A model generated the notes under the pieces. It saw only the letters and a program-made list of their open reading frames with translations, did not search any database and was not told the origin of the DNA. The position numbers and the translations under genes were made by a program. A stretch of DNA of 63,086 nucleotides, counting the filler, from Hyphochytrium catenoides (lineage: Eukaryota; Protista; Hyphochytriomycota): the NCBI GenBank assembly GCA_900088475.1. It is 10 parts of 10 records of this genome, joined end to end, with 100 filler letters (N's around TTAATTAATTAA, not from the genome) between each part and the next. Parts side by side here need not be neighbours in the genome. Positions count along the whole stretch, not along the records: positions 24,270 to 35,729 come from FLMG01001129.1; positions 35,830 to 44,855 come from FLMG01004060.1; 8 more parts are not named here. The stretch is one strand, 5' to 3'. Shown here piece after piece: positions 24,861-37,009 of the stretch. Numbering within the stretch: position 1 is the stretch's first letter; each line of letters opens with the position of its first letter.

Positions 24861-26699
24861 ATACTAAGTCTCCTCCGTTTGCTGCTCCTCCTCTCCTTCT
24901 TCGCCGCACCCTCTGCTGCTATTTATTGGTGCTGCTGTAGATGTTTATTGCTACTACTATCGCTACTAACAGACTAATTCTAGAAGAAGAAAAGAGAAGA
25001 AGAAGAAGAGGAAGAAGAAGAGAAGAAAAGCTAAGAAGCCTTAGGCTCTTCCATCATCTCAGCTCGAACCTGCTCCCTGCTCATCATCAGTAAAAGAAGA
25101 ATCATAGTTGATTTCCTCAGAATTGATGAGCGGCGAAGAACGAGGAGGAGGAGGTGAACCATCAGCAACCATGTCATCATCAGCAATCATGTCATCGCCA
25201 GCAACCATCATGTCAACACCGTCGAGCTCAGCCGTCGCGAGACAAGCAAGAGAAGGGTCCAGCTGTTCAGGAGGAACGCGCTTCAAGATTTGAAGTGCAT
25301 TTTCTTCGTGAATGGCCAAAGACACTCGCGTATGAAGGCGTAGGCCCATAGCTAAACGAGACCATATTCTTATGAAAAATAAGGGCGAAGAAGGGCTACC
25401 TTCCCCTGAAATCAGTTCCTTTCCTTAGGGAAATGTTGCGAATCTGGCCTCCTTCTGTAGGAATATTATCTATGGAGTTCTAGGACCTCTGGACGTCCCA
25501 AAGACGAACACCATCCTTCTGAGGTTTTCTCATCCGAACCCCCATAAGCCTTAGTTAATATTCCTAGAGGCCCAGATTCCCAACTTTACCCTAGAGCTGT
25601 ATTCATCCCTTTGCCTGACAATTGTCGCTGAGAGATGAAAGAGTAAGGGGAGTTTAGCTGGGAGTTTGGTTACTTCTGTAGCGCCTTATCCTTGAATTGT
25701 CGCATTTCCCGCTTCTGCCCCGCACTACTCGCACACAATGTTCACGCTTGTCCAAGAGGCCCCGCAGATTAGAGACGCGGATGGCGGGGAAAGCGGGCAA
25801 TCAACGACTGAGAAGGAGGATAATAATAGAGGCCGACCGTCCGCCCTTCCTTCCTTTCCAACAGATGCTGCTGACTGTCCACTGCCAGCGGGCGGATACT
25901 ATGGATGGCGTAGGTGCTGCTGATAGAATGTCTACTAGCTAGCATCCCGGCTGCGGCTGCCTTGTGACTGATGGCATCTGTCCTGTTACTATCACCAGCA
26001 GCAGAGCAGAGTGAGGGAAAGCAGCTGGGGATCATCATCATCAACCACCTAATGTCTCAAGTGATAGAACCCACTCCTACTAACACTCGATGCCTGGTGC
26101 TGCTGCTGCTGCTGCAGCGACTTGGTAGAGCTTCCCTAGGGAAGGAAGTTGCTGGCGGACTAGTAGAACGAGTCACGATGCCTCCTGTTCTTCGGCGTAG
26201 CGCTAACAACTCTTCGAGGGGAGTTTCTTTTTGGCAAGAAAGCAACGAATTATCGCAATGCTGCGGCGACCGACTTTTTTGCTGCAGGTGTCATCACGCT
26301 TCACCTCACTCACAGCAACAAGGATACACATCACCACCACGGGTGAGCATTGTCCTGTGCGGTCAGTGGGCTTTGATGATGAGATTGGCCGCTCTCTTCT
26401 GATGCTTGATTGAAGGTTCCTAAAAGACGACCCAAAAAACCATTGCTCCTCGCTCGCTCATCCTTCCCAGAAGAAGAACAGAAGAAGAGAAATTTTTGTC
26501 GCCGTCCGCCCTTCAACAATCATGAGATTGGCCGCAGTCCTGATGCCGCTTGATGAAAGGGATCTTCCCTCACCAACAACTGCTCCGTCTCCGAAAAGCT
26601 GTCGTGGCAGTGGCAGCTTCTCAGGCGGCGGCCTCTTATTGGGAAACATCTTTACCCCTCAATACAAGGCTGGCTTTTGGCGATGCCGTTGGCTGTGTT

Positions 26700-27910
26700 C
26701 TGGGAAATGATGGTCGCTGTTCTGAAGCTTCAGTGAAGAAGGTTTTAGGCCAACAATGGCGGCTCCATCTGAGAAAAGCAAGAAGCTTAGCAGTAGCGCC
26801 TCGCCCTCCGCCATTCTGTCTCAGACTTCCTCCTCTTTCATTAACACGCGCCGTGATTGGTCTTTCCGTGGTGGTGGGCTTTCGGCTTGTGAGAATGGTG
26901 GATGGTGCTCTGCTGCTTGATGATTCGAGGACCAGACGTGCGGGAAGCAGCACCTCACAGTCGGCCACCAATCCTCCTTCTTCGAAAGCTTTATTCATAT
27001 TAGCACACCCTACGGTTGATGGTCATTGTGTGCGCGGGGCTTTACCTGTGGGATTGGACGCTGCTCTGACGATATGTTGAAGGTTCTTAAGCCAACACTT
27101 TGCTCATGCTGAACAACCTTGATAGTAGAGCCCGCCTCGGCGTTTACTCGGGAACTTTTCTCATAAGCACACGCAGGGTTGGCCATTCCGTGGGCTTGTG
27201 TTTGTGAGATTGGTCGCTGTCCTGATACTGGGCTGATGTTTCCCAAGTCGTAGCGCCAAAACGTTTGCTCATTTCTCCTTAAAGCATTCGCCGCAACGCT
27301 TGTAAGCATCACAGCTGCCCTTTCTTCGAGAATCCCTCTCGTCAACGCACTCATATTGGTTCTAAGTGGTTCATTGCGTGGACTTTGTGATGGTGAGGCT
27401 GGTCGCTGTTCTGCTTTCTGAGTGAAGCTTTCCTAGGGCAAACTCTGCATCATTCTCTTCCAGGTTGGTTCTTCTAAGTCGGTCGCTGTTCTGATATCTG
27501 AGTGAAGCTTTCGTCGAGGAACAAAGCCTTGAACATTCTCTCTCAAGTTGGCTCTAAGTTGGTCATTGCTTGGTGGACTTTGTGATGGTGAGGCTGGCCG
27601 CTGTTCTGACATCTGAGTGAAGCTTTCCTCGAAAGTCTGGATCATCCTCTCAACAAATGGTTGATCTAAGTTCGTCATTGTGGGGTGGACGTTGTGATTG
27701 TGAGGCTGCCTGGTCGCTCTGTTCTGATATGTGAGTGAAGCTTTCCTAGGGCAAAACGTTGATCAATCTTGAAAAAAAGTCTTGACAGTAGCGCCGCTTT
27801 TGCTCTTCTTCTGGAAAGAAGGCAACCTATCCCATTGGTCCTACACATAATGCGGTTGGTGTCATTGTGTTTGTGGGCTTGGGATCCTGGTCTCTTCGCT
27901 GTTTTGCTGT
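26700..27910 (-). repeat. Degenerate repeat array encoding (ESFTQ)xSEQRP-like peptide repeats, probably a pseudogene
   Basis: Core 'ggtcgctgttctga..tctgagtgaagctttcc' at ~27401, 27481, 27596 and 27712, with weaker copies at ~26712, 27056, 27212 and 27896. Minus-strand ORFs read SEQRP/SGQRP repeatedly but in shifting frames with stops. Confidence 0.7.
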
Positions 27911-28024
27911 TATATTCAGGGTTCCTAGGCAACAACTCTGCTCATTCTGAAAAAAGCGAAGTCGGCAGCACCTCCGTCGCCCTTCTCCCAAGGAATTGCC
28001 CTCGTTAACCCATAAGTTGTCAAC

Positions 28025-28654
28025 ATGAAGCTCTATATTGCTGGGATTGCTGCCGCTCTTTTAGCCGTCGTTGGCGCGGCTGAGGATGTCGCCAATGCTC
28101 CACCACCGAAAGACACCATCAAGGTCGACCTTGTCACTCTGAATGGGTCTGGCTGCCCTCCTGGCTCCGCGACTGTCGCGGTCGCTCCCGACAACACGGC
28201 CTTCACTGTCACGTACAGCTCCTACATGGCTGCTGCAGGCTACGGCACTAAGCCGACGGATTCCAGAAGGAACTGCCAGCTGGCCGTTCAGCTGCAGATT
28301 CCTCAAGGCTTCACCTATGCCATCGCAAAGGCTGACTACAGAGGATTTGCTAGCCTTGCTGATGGTGCCACGGCTTCTCAACGCGCTTCTTACTACTTCC
28401 AGGGCATGTCTGAAACCACTCGCACGACTCATCTGTTCCACGGCCCAATGGACGACAACTGGCAGATCACCGACGTCGCAGATGTAGCTGCTATCGTCTA
28501 CCATCCTTGCGGTGCTAAGAGAAACCTTAATCTCAACACTGAGATCCGAGTGAACAAGGGCACCTCTGACCCTTACTCGACCAGCTATGTCGCCATTGAT
28601 TCCACTGATGTTTCCTTCAGCACTATCTACCACTTCCATTGGAAGCACTGCTAA
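28025..28654 (+). CDS. Secreted DUF4360-family protein (actinobacterial type), intronless
   Basis: Signal peptide 'MKLYIAGIAAALLAVVGAA'; motifs NGSGCPPG, DNTAFTVTYS, RRNCQL, PQGFTYAI..ADYRGFA, YYFQG, GPMDDNWQ, PCG..RNLNLNTEIRV, DSTD..STIYHFHWKHC*. Start context is 'caacATG'. Confidence 0.93.
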   Translation: MKLYIAGIAAALLAVVGAAEDVANAPPPKDTIKVDLVTLNGSGCPPGSATVAVAPDNTAFTVTYSSYMAAAGYGTKPTDSRRNCQLAVQLQIPQGFTYAIAKADYRGFASLADGATASQRASYYFQGMSETTRTTHLFHGPMDDNWQITDVADVAAIVYHPCGAKRNLNLNTEIRVNKGTSDPYSTSYVAIDSTDVSFSTIYHFHWKHC

Positions 28655-28776
28655 GCTAAGGGCTCATCAGTTCCCGCTCTGCTGAAAGATGATGGCAGCA
28701 ACCATTACCGTCTATAGCCGTAGTTTAGGACAGGGCAGAGGAAGTAATAACTCCATCATGAAGCAAGTAGTAGTGC

Positions 28777-29274
28777 TCAATGGATGATGATAAGCAGCAA
28801 AGAGAGTAGTGCCACAAAGTTACTTCTGTCAAGGTCAATGCATTTCTTAGGTTGATATAATGAAAAAGTTGGCGTCAGGTATACTCCGTATCTCGCAGCA
28901 ACTATCTCAGACGATGATGAGGATGTTCCCAGCAGTGGACGACCTGCTACTCGTTGCTCTTCTCTAGCCATACTTCAAGGGGAAGAGAACTCTTTGTTCG
29001 TTGCTTCACATTGGTACTTGGCCAGGGACTGGACGGTGGCTGCTTTGACTTCACCGGAGTTTATCGGGACTCTGATCATGAACCTACTCTCTGAGTCTCT
29101 ATCAATAAAAGAGTAGTCAGCCTGCCGCGGTGTGGGTGCTGCTGTCTCTTTGACTATAATCTCCAGCAGCAGGAGATCCAAGAAGTGAGAGCACACGAGG
29201 GCCTTTGAGCAGCGCCATACTCCTCTTGCAGGTCGCCATCCCGCCTTTGCCTCAAGCTCCTCTTGCATCATCAA
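28777..29274 (-). pseudogene. Possible decayed PD-(D/E)xK nuclease-fold gene
   Basis: Two adjacent ORFs read 'RQADYSF...PINSGEVKAATVQSLAKYQ' and then 'EEQRVAGRPLLG'. The D...E-x-K...Q spacing resembles REase folds. Broken by stops; weak evidence. Confidence 0.3.
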
Positions 29275-29949
29275 GACAACGGTCCAATAGCTAGTAGTAG
29301 ACGGACCAGTGGTGGGATCAACGCTCGGTCTTCCTACTCCAGTGATTTTATGTCACCTTGGGTTGGGATCATCAACCCGTGTCCTGCACGATCAACAGCG
29401 GTCCGCAGTCTTTAATAGCCATCAATGAGTTATCCTCGCTAGCAAATAACGGAGAAGTATCGCACGGAAAGCGTGGGCATCTTGGCAGAAGCGTCTTCGA
29501 CTTCCGACTGTTCATGAGCTATAGAGGAGCTTCTTTATAATAAGATCATTCTTCTTCAAGCCTCTCATCACCCTGCAGGGCTCCAGCTCTTCCCCAAGGT
29601 TCACATAAGGAAAACAGCCCAGATATCCTGCTGATCAACGAAGATAATCGCTTCATTGGTTGCAGCTAACTCGCTCCATTATTTTATTATTCAGCAGAGG
29701 GTGCAGCAGGTGATGTCTCCATCACGCAGTCCCAAGCGTTCCTCTTCCTAACCTCATCGTGTAAGACGATAAGGGTACAAAGTAGGAAAGTACTTCGACC
29801 TTGGTAAAGCCCGAACAGAGCACTGCGGCAATGGTCCCAACATTTGAGAGAAAGGAACGAGAGAGAGAAAGAGAGACAGGGTAAGTGAGGAAGAGAGAGG
29901 AGAAAGAGCGTGGGTATGGAAGCAGACAAGGAAAGAGGGGAAGAGAGAA

Positions 29950-31358
29950 AGAAAGAGGGAGAGAGAGACTAAGAGAGGGGAGGGAACACTTCTAAGTAGA
30001 GATGTAAGGCATGGTGTCCACCATGCACTGAGCTTGCACGCCCGCTCAGAATCCTCCTCCATAAGCTGATACATTGTGAGTCTCCTTCATGCGCCGGGAG
30101 CACGAAGGAAGAACCACTTTCCGCACTGCTAACTGAAAAGGCCTTGTAGAAGATCTGTCTTCCTCAGATGGACCTCTTGCTTCTTAGAAGAACCAAGGCT
30201 TATGGACGTGAAGGAATACACTGTCCGATGACCAGAAGAGGAACGACATCGACCTGATGGGCGACCGTTCTCACGTGCTCTAGAGCGAGAGAGAGAAGAC
30301 AGTCCCCGCATCAGGGCAACGCGCGGGAAAGGGAGACGAAAGGATAGAGAAGTGAGAGAGAGAGAGAGAGCTTGCAAGAAAACTCTCGGCCCAGGGGACG
30401 GTAGACATCCTCGACTTGACGGCGTCCACTATGTCCCTTCATCCTCCGGAGAATACCGGTACCAGCCAATATCCGCGTCTTGCTCGTCTTGATATCTCTC
30501 GCATTCTCTCTCTCTGCTGCCGAACCAAGTCTTGAGCTCCATCCTGGTCGACGCCGCGAGCGACTCCTCTCCTGCCTTTCTTGCCCATCTTTCCAAGGAG
30601 GTCAGCATCTGCCACTCCGCTAAGAGAGAGAGAAGACAGAGGGAGACAGAAAAAAAGGGAGAGACAAAGGAGTGAGCAGAAGCAGATGATGGTAAGCCTC
30701 CGGAGTTTTGAGCAGTAGGGACTGACTACACAGGGGAGACACACTCGGAAAAGGATGAATTGCACCGAGAGAAAAAAAGAAAAAACAGAGAGAGGAAGAG
30801 AGAGAGAGAGAGATATTAGAGGTCAGCGCTGCACCTCTTAGAAGGTGTTTAGCTGTGTCTGGGTCTCCTTCTCTGTTGATCTCTCTCCTGAGCTGCTGCA
30901 GCCCATCCAACGCCGTCTGCAATGCTCCCACGGCCTCCTGAAAGAGCTCCTCTCGAGCATAAAGAGAGGCCAAGCTTGCGTGAGAGAGAGACTCCGCTTC
31001 TAAGTCTCCTGGCAGGGGAGAGAGAAAGAGAAAAGTGTGAGAGAAGAGGTATGGCCATGTTGTATGCGTAGGGGAAGCCAGGATGCGATGACGGAGGAAG
31101 AAAAGTAAAAGCCCCAGGAGAAAGAGTGAAAAGGGAGAGAGAGAGAATAAAAATAAGAAAGAGAGAGAGACACGCACAGCGGTCGGCTCAAAATCGAAGT
31201 AAAGACAAAACTATCGCTTTCGGAGAAAGGACAAATCATGATGAGTGTGGTTGTTCGCCGGTAGAAATAAAGGGACAAACAAACAAAAATGGAGGGAGAG
31301 AAAGACAAGGCCACAGAGAGAGAGAGGAAGAGAGAGAGGAAGAGAGAAAAAGAGAGAG

Positions 31359-31389
<31 letters not shown>

Positions 31390-32385
31390 AAGAGACCGAC
31401 AGGGGACAAGACACATTCAAAGTGAGTGAGAAGAGAGCAGAAGAGGACACAGTGCTGGGCTAGAGTCACACTGCTCGAAAAGTACATGACTAATGAAGAG
31501 AGAGAGAAAAAGAGAGAGACTGGCAAAAAGAATGAAGCCAAAGCCTTAAAAAGAGTGAGCGAGAAGGTTGTCAAAACGCAGGAGAGAGAGGAAAGTCTTA
31601 CCGTCTGCCATCCCTAGCTCGCAAGCCATAAGGAAAGCTTGTTCCGCTGCCTCCATTCTCTCTCCCTCCTTCGCTAGCGTAGTGCCCAGCTCCAGCGCTA
31701 GACGGGCAGGACTACTTCTCTTTCCCTTCTCTCTTTCCTTGCGTCTCTCTTCTTCTCCTCTCTCTTTATCTACACTCGTTTCGGACACTCCTCCCCCCAG
31801 TTGCTTGTCTCGAAAGGCTGAGTTGCTCCTGGAGGAGACAGAAAGCTTTCCAAAAGCCACAATGATGCCGAGAGAGAGAGAAGAGAGAGGAGAGAAAGAA
31901 GGGTAACGCGAGAAAAAAGGGTGAGAGACGAGGATGTAGCAAGGAGAGGGGGAGAGAGAGTAAATGGAAAACAGATGGTCACCTCTCACAGTGCCAATGG
32001 GAAAGTAAAGCTACAGAAAACAGAGAGAAGACATAAGAGTGGGAGAGAGAGAGAGAAAAAGAAGAGAGAGAGAGAGAGGGGAGCACAAAAGGGAGGAGTC
32101 TAGCTTACCGCATAGTACTTGAGCCGACCGACATGGCCATAGGGTTGTCCTTCTCTTCCTGCCATAACGAAGCTTCTATAGACAGGCATTGTGCCATAAT
32201 AGTCTCCTCCTTCTCCCTCTCCGAAGTCAAGTCTCTCTCTCTCTCCTCCAGAGAGAATATCACGCCGGAGGAGGTAGTCTCCCTATGAAAATCAAAAGAA
32301 AAGATCAACCAGGATGAGGTAGCGGGAGAAACGGCACGAAGAAGGAAGAGAGCCGCGACCAAGACGAAGGGACTATTTGTTTCTT

Positions 32386-32424
<39 letters not shown>

Positions 32425-32873
32425 GAGAGGGAAAGACACCGGCAGCGAGAACAAAAATAGAGCAAGGAGAGATTGAGAAAGCGAGGAGAAAAGGGGGGAA
32501 GAAGCCAAAGGAACTATGAAAGGGAAAAGGATAGGAAGCAGTGACTGTCCGAGCAGTGATGCACGTACTGCTGGACTGCGATAAGGGAGAGAGAGGCTGC
32601 GTCGCCGCGTCTCTCTCTCACCCCTCTCCTCTGGTGTCCCTACTGCTGGAGGGGAAGAGGGGAACGGCGAAGAGGGAGAAAGAAAGAGATTTGCCTGGAA
32701 ACCAAGGGGCTTTACAGGACGTGATCATGTCAGGCGGAAGAGCGAAAGGGAGAGAGAGAGTGAGGGAGACGAGCTTGGTCAAAATCTGGAGAAAGGGACT
32801 GGGAAGCAGGCAACGGAAGGGAAGGGCCCTTCGATCTAGAGTCTGATGAACGAGCAAGACCAAACCAATAGAG

Positions 32874-32923
<50 letters not shown>

Positions 32924-34427
32924 AAGAGAGAGGCCAGGTTCTACCTCTATGGTCAGTTTCCCATAGCTCCGCCACTGATCCACAAAGTCAGAGAGAGAGC
33001 CGTAGGGCCCAGAACCTCCTAGAAAATAGCCCTATTCACAGTGCAAGTAGGGTCGAAAGAGAGAGAGAAAGAGCCGGGGAAGCACCAAGTAAGACAAGGG
33101 AAAGCGAGAGAGAGAGAGAGAGAGAGAGCAGAGAGAAAGAGAGAGCGGTCAAGGAAAGAGTATGGAGGTAGAGTACAGGGCAAAAACGGGTCCTTCTCCA
33201 TAGCTTTCAGAAGCAGGAAAGAGCGGTAGAGAAGAACACGAAGAGATGAAAGGACTGAAGATTGGAGATGTCGAAGAGAGATATAAAGAGGCTCAGAGAT
33301 GGCCAGAAAGAGAGAGAGAGAGAGAGAAAAGGTTGACACCAAAGGAGAAAAGAGCTCAGACACAAAAGGCCGGTAGAGCAGGGGTGAAATTCAAAAGACG
33401 AAGACTAACAGAGAGACCGAGGGAANNNNNNNNNNNNNNNNNNNNNNNNNNNNNNNNNNNNNNNNNNNNNNNNNNNNNNGGGGTAGAGGGAGAGAGAGAA
33501 AGAGAAAGAGGAAAAGAGAGAGAAAGAGAGAGAAAGACCACGTAATAAACCAATGCCAGTCAAGAGAAGGGACCAGGAGGAGGAGGAATGAGTCCTGTCT
33601 GACCAATTTTACCTCTTTCTCTCTGTATTTGAACTGGTAATGCACAACCTTATCCTTCCCTCCTGAGACCCGAGAGAGGACGAAGGAAGGAGGAAAAGAA
33701 GAGCTCACGCGCACTAGAAAAGTGCCTGCAGAGGAAATAAAAAGAAAGAAAAAATTCATTAGCTCTTCTCTCTCTTTCTCTCTCCTAGCTTGCTATTCTC
33801 AAACAAGAATGACGTTACGCTGACACAATCTTCCTTTCTTTTTCGTGTCTCTCTCTCTCTCTCCCTCTCTTTCCCTCTTATCAACTGAGGGTGAATATAT
33901 CTCTGTTGTTCCCTGTCTCTTCCTTCTCCTACCTGGCACTAGTCTCCCTTCCGTTTCAAGAAAGAGTTCTTCTTCTGCTTCCTTCCTCGTCATTCTCCCA
34001 CGGAACCAGGGAGGCACTCTTTTCTCCCCTCTTTCTTCTACAAGTGACTCATATATCTGATAACAAAGAAGGAGAGACGAGAGAGGAGGCCATAAGAAAA
34101 GGAAGAGAGAGAAAGAGAGTGAGATTATGAGGTGACATATTAGGACGGAGAGATAAGAACACCGCTGGCGGGAAGAGAGAAGAGAGAGAGAGAGAGACAA
34201 AGAAAGACAGAGCAGGAGGGTGCAAGAAAGGGGAGTGAAAAGGGCAAGAAAGAGAGAGAGAGAGAGAGAGGGAGGGGGAGAGACAAAGGAGAACTAATGA
34301 TTAAAGAGGTAAGAAGCTCCATATCAAAAGGCGAGTGAACGGGAGGAAGAAGTCAGGGGAAGATCAGCTGCTGGCCGCGAGGGAATATACGGCCAAGGAG
34401 GAGACAGAACCTCCCAAGCCTAGACTT

Positions 34428-34461
<34 letters not shown>

Positions 34462-34725
34462 AGGGAAGGAAGGGAGATAGGAAGGGAGTGCGAGGAGCCG
34501 ACAGGCAGGGGAGAGGAGAAAGAGGGAGAAAGAGACTTTGTCGGAGATGAGATACTGGGAGCTGAGGAGAGAGACATTTCAGCAAAGAGACGAAGTGGAA
34601 GAGAGAGTCGTAAGTAAGAGAAGCCAGGGGTTGCAAGCCAACGAACCCGCTGTAGCCAGCCATTCATAGGCCCGAAGAGGTGTTCCAGACCCGATAGCTA
34701 CGGGACAGAGTGAGAGAGGGAGAGA

Positions 34726-34778
<53 letters not shown>

Positions 34779-35545
34779 GGGAGAGGGGCCCGGGAAAACA
34801 GGTCGGCGAGAGTTAGAGAAGAGGGACAAAGAGAGAGGGGGAGATGAAAATGAGAGAGTCAGAAAAAAGGAAAGAGGGAGAGAGAGAAAGAGTGAGACCG
34901 TGAGAAAGCGAGAGCTTCAAAAAATGGAGGAGAAGGGAAAATGGAAAGCGAGGATCAGGGAAGGAGAAACGGGAGCTGCGGGTGAGAGCAATATAGAATA
35001 GAGGCCGAAAGAGGGCAGCAAGAGACTTAGACAGAAAGGAACCAGGAGAGAGAAAGAGAGAGAGAGGAAGTTCTAGAAGAGAGATAGAGGTGATCCCGTC
35101 TGAGGAAGTAGAGAGGGCAAGAACAGCAGCTGCACTACCTGATCGAGAGTCACCATCTCTTCTGTCTTTTCCAGCAAACCGTTTTCCCTCTTTCTCATAC
35201 CCAAAGAGAGAGACAGAATTTCAACGAAAAGAGGAGATGCAGTCTGTCTCTCTCCCTCTTCTTCAGCGGAAGACAAGGACGATGAGAGCTACATGTGGGA
35301 GATGATGAAAGGACGAGGGAGAGAGAGAGAGGGAGAGAGAGGGGAGAGAGAGAGAGGGGAGAGAGAGAGAGGGGAGAGAGAGAGAGAGACTACGTTAGTA
35401 TAACTTGTGTGAAGATCTCGCGACCTTGGAAGCACGGAAGAGAAGAGAGAAAGAGAGAGAGTGGGGGACTAGTCTACCTGCAGGCATGGCAGAAGATCCT
35501 CTGAAAGGGAGATGTCAGGTCTTTCGCCGTAACGCGACCGCCTGC
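29950..35545 (-). CDS. Multi-exon SH2-domain protein (EF-hand-like linker and SH2, then a helical TPR-like C-terminal region), 5' part missing
   Basis: Spliced exons give 'VTLDQ|LSGLEHLFGPMNGWLQR|IYESLVEERGEKRVPPWFRGRMTRKEAEEEL..VP|GTFLVRVSSSFPPSFVLS..VVHYQF' (exons 33933-34056 and 33613-33725) and 'GPYGSLSDFVDQWRSYGKL' (32945-33018). Downstream exons include 'ALELGTTLAKEGERMEAAEQAFLMA' and 'HASLASLYAREELFQEAVGALQTAL'. The 3' end is uncertain. Confidence 0.8.
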
Positions 35546-36033
35546 ACGAGGAGAAAGGGCGGCGTTAGGGGAGAGAAGCAGAGAGAGAGAGAGAGAGAGA
35601 GAGAGCAAGAAAGGAGAGGAAGAGAGCAAAAAAAGAAGTAAAAGAAAGACAGAAGGAAAGGAGAAGAAGTGCGGGGAAACAGGAAATGACGTCTGTGTGT
35701 GTGTGTGTGTGAGGAGAGAGAGAGAGAGANNNNNNNNNNNNNNNNNNNNNNNNNNNNNNNNNNNNNNNNNNNNTTAATTAATTAANNNNNNNNNNNNNNN
35801 NNNNNNNNNNNNNNNNNNNNNNNNNNNNNTCTCTTTCCTCTCTTTCTCTCTCGGTCTCTCGGCTCTGATTCTCGCCACTTCCTGCCCATGCCGAACAAAT
35901 CACTTGGGCGGGTTGGTGATCGGTAGTCTGAGAGGAGTTTCTCCTTCTGACTCTCTCTCTCTCTCCTTCTCTCTCTCTCCCTATCTCTCTCTTCTCTTTC
36001 TTTCTCTTTCCCTCTCTTTTCCTCTTTTCTCTC

Positions 36034-36070
<37 letters not shown>

Positions 36071-36389
36071 CTTTCTCTCTTTCTCTCTTTCTCTGTTCCT
36101 CTTTGTCTGGCTATTTGCCGACAATAGAAAACAGAAAGACCAGAGAGAGAGGGCCCACTCCTTTCTCCAAGACCAAGTGCTGGTCCTCCGAGATCAGGAA
36201 AGGAACTCTGGGCTCTCTCTCTCCTGTTCCCGTCTCTCGGAGGCGGAGAGAGAGTTCGCCGCTTCTTTCTTCGTCTCGCGAGGAGAGACCTGTCTGCTAC
36301 TTTGATTATCAAGACCTGGAAGAGAGAGAGAGAAAGAAGAAATTGGGCAAACATCAAAAGTGCTTTGCTATGTATCCAGGTGGGGAAGA

Positions 36390-36425
<36 letters not shown>

Positions 36426-36663
36426 ACTTTGTTTTTTTCTCTCTCTCTCTCTCTCACACACACACTCTTTCTCACGTCCTCTCTTTCTTGCTCTCTCCTC
36501 TTACTCTCTCCCGGTATTTCTCTCTTAGCTCTCTCTCTCTCTGTGGAGATAACTTGCCACTCTCTGCCCTCGCGTTCCCTGCAAGGAAGCTCCTCCTACT
36601 ATTCTCTTCGGGGTTTTGCTACGCACCTTGTGTCTCTCCCTTCTTTGCGTCCTTTAATTCTCC

Positions 36664-36710
<47 letters not shown>

Positions 36711-37009
36711 GCGCTTCCATTGTTGGATAAGTCAACGCATCTCTCTTCCACTATGCCCTGCCATGTAATCTTCTCTGAAGAATGTATGGCCTCACAAAAT
36801 CTCTCTCTCTCTCTCCTCTCCCCCTCTCTCTTTCTTCTCTCCCTCGCTCTCTTTGTTCTTTATTCTGTCTCTTGTCTGCCCTCCTTCTCCCTCATTCTCC
36901 TCTTCCCTCTTATTGGTTCTCTCTTTCTTTTTTCTCTCTTGCTCTCTTCTCTCGCACGTCTTCCTTTTCTTCCTCCTTCTTTTCTTCTGCATTCCTGCAT
37001 CAATGACAG

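Noticed and set aside
27395-27760. CRISPR-like appearance of regularly spaced ~33-bp repeats
   Set aside because: The intervening sequences are homologous to each other, spacing is irregular, no cas genes are present and the context is eukaryotic. It is a degenerate tandem repeat.
28061-28648. 195-aa antisense ORF overlapping DUF4360
   Set aside because: It is a shadow ORF produced by the biased codon usage of the sense gene and has no motifs.
28025-28654. Bacterial contamination as the explanation for DUF4360
   Set aside because: Provisionally rejected: there is no operon context or Shine-Dalgarno, codon usage is not Streptomyces-like, and it is contiguous with spliced genes. Read-level confirmation is still needed.
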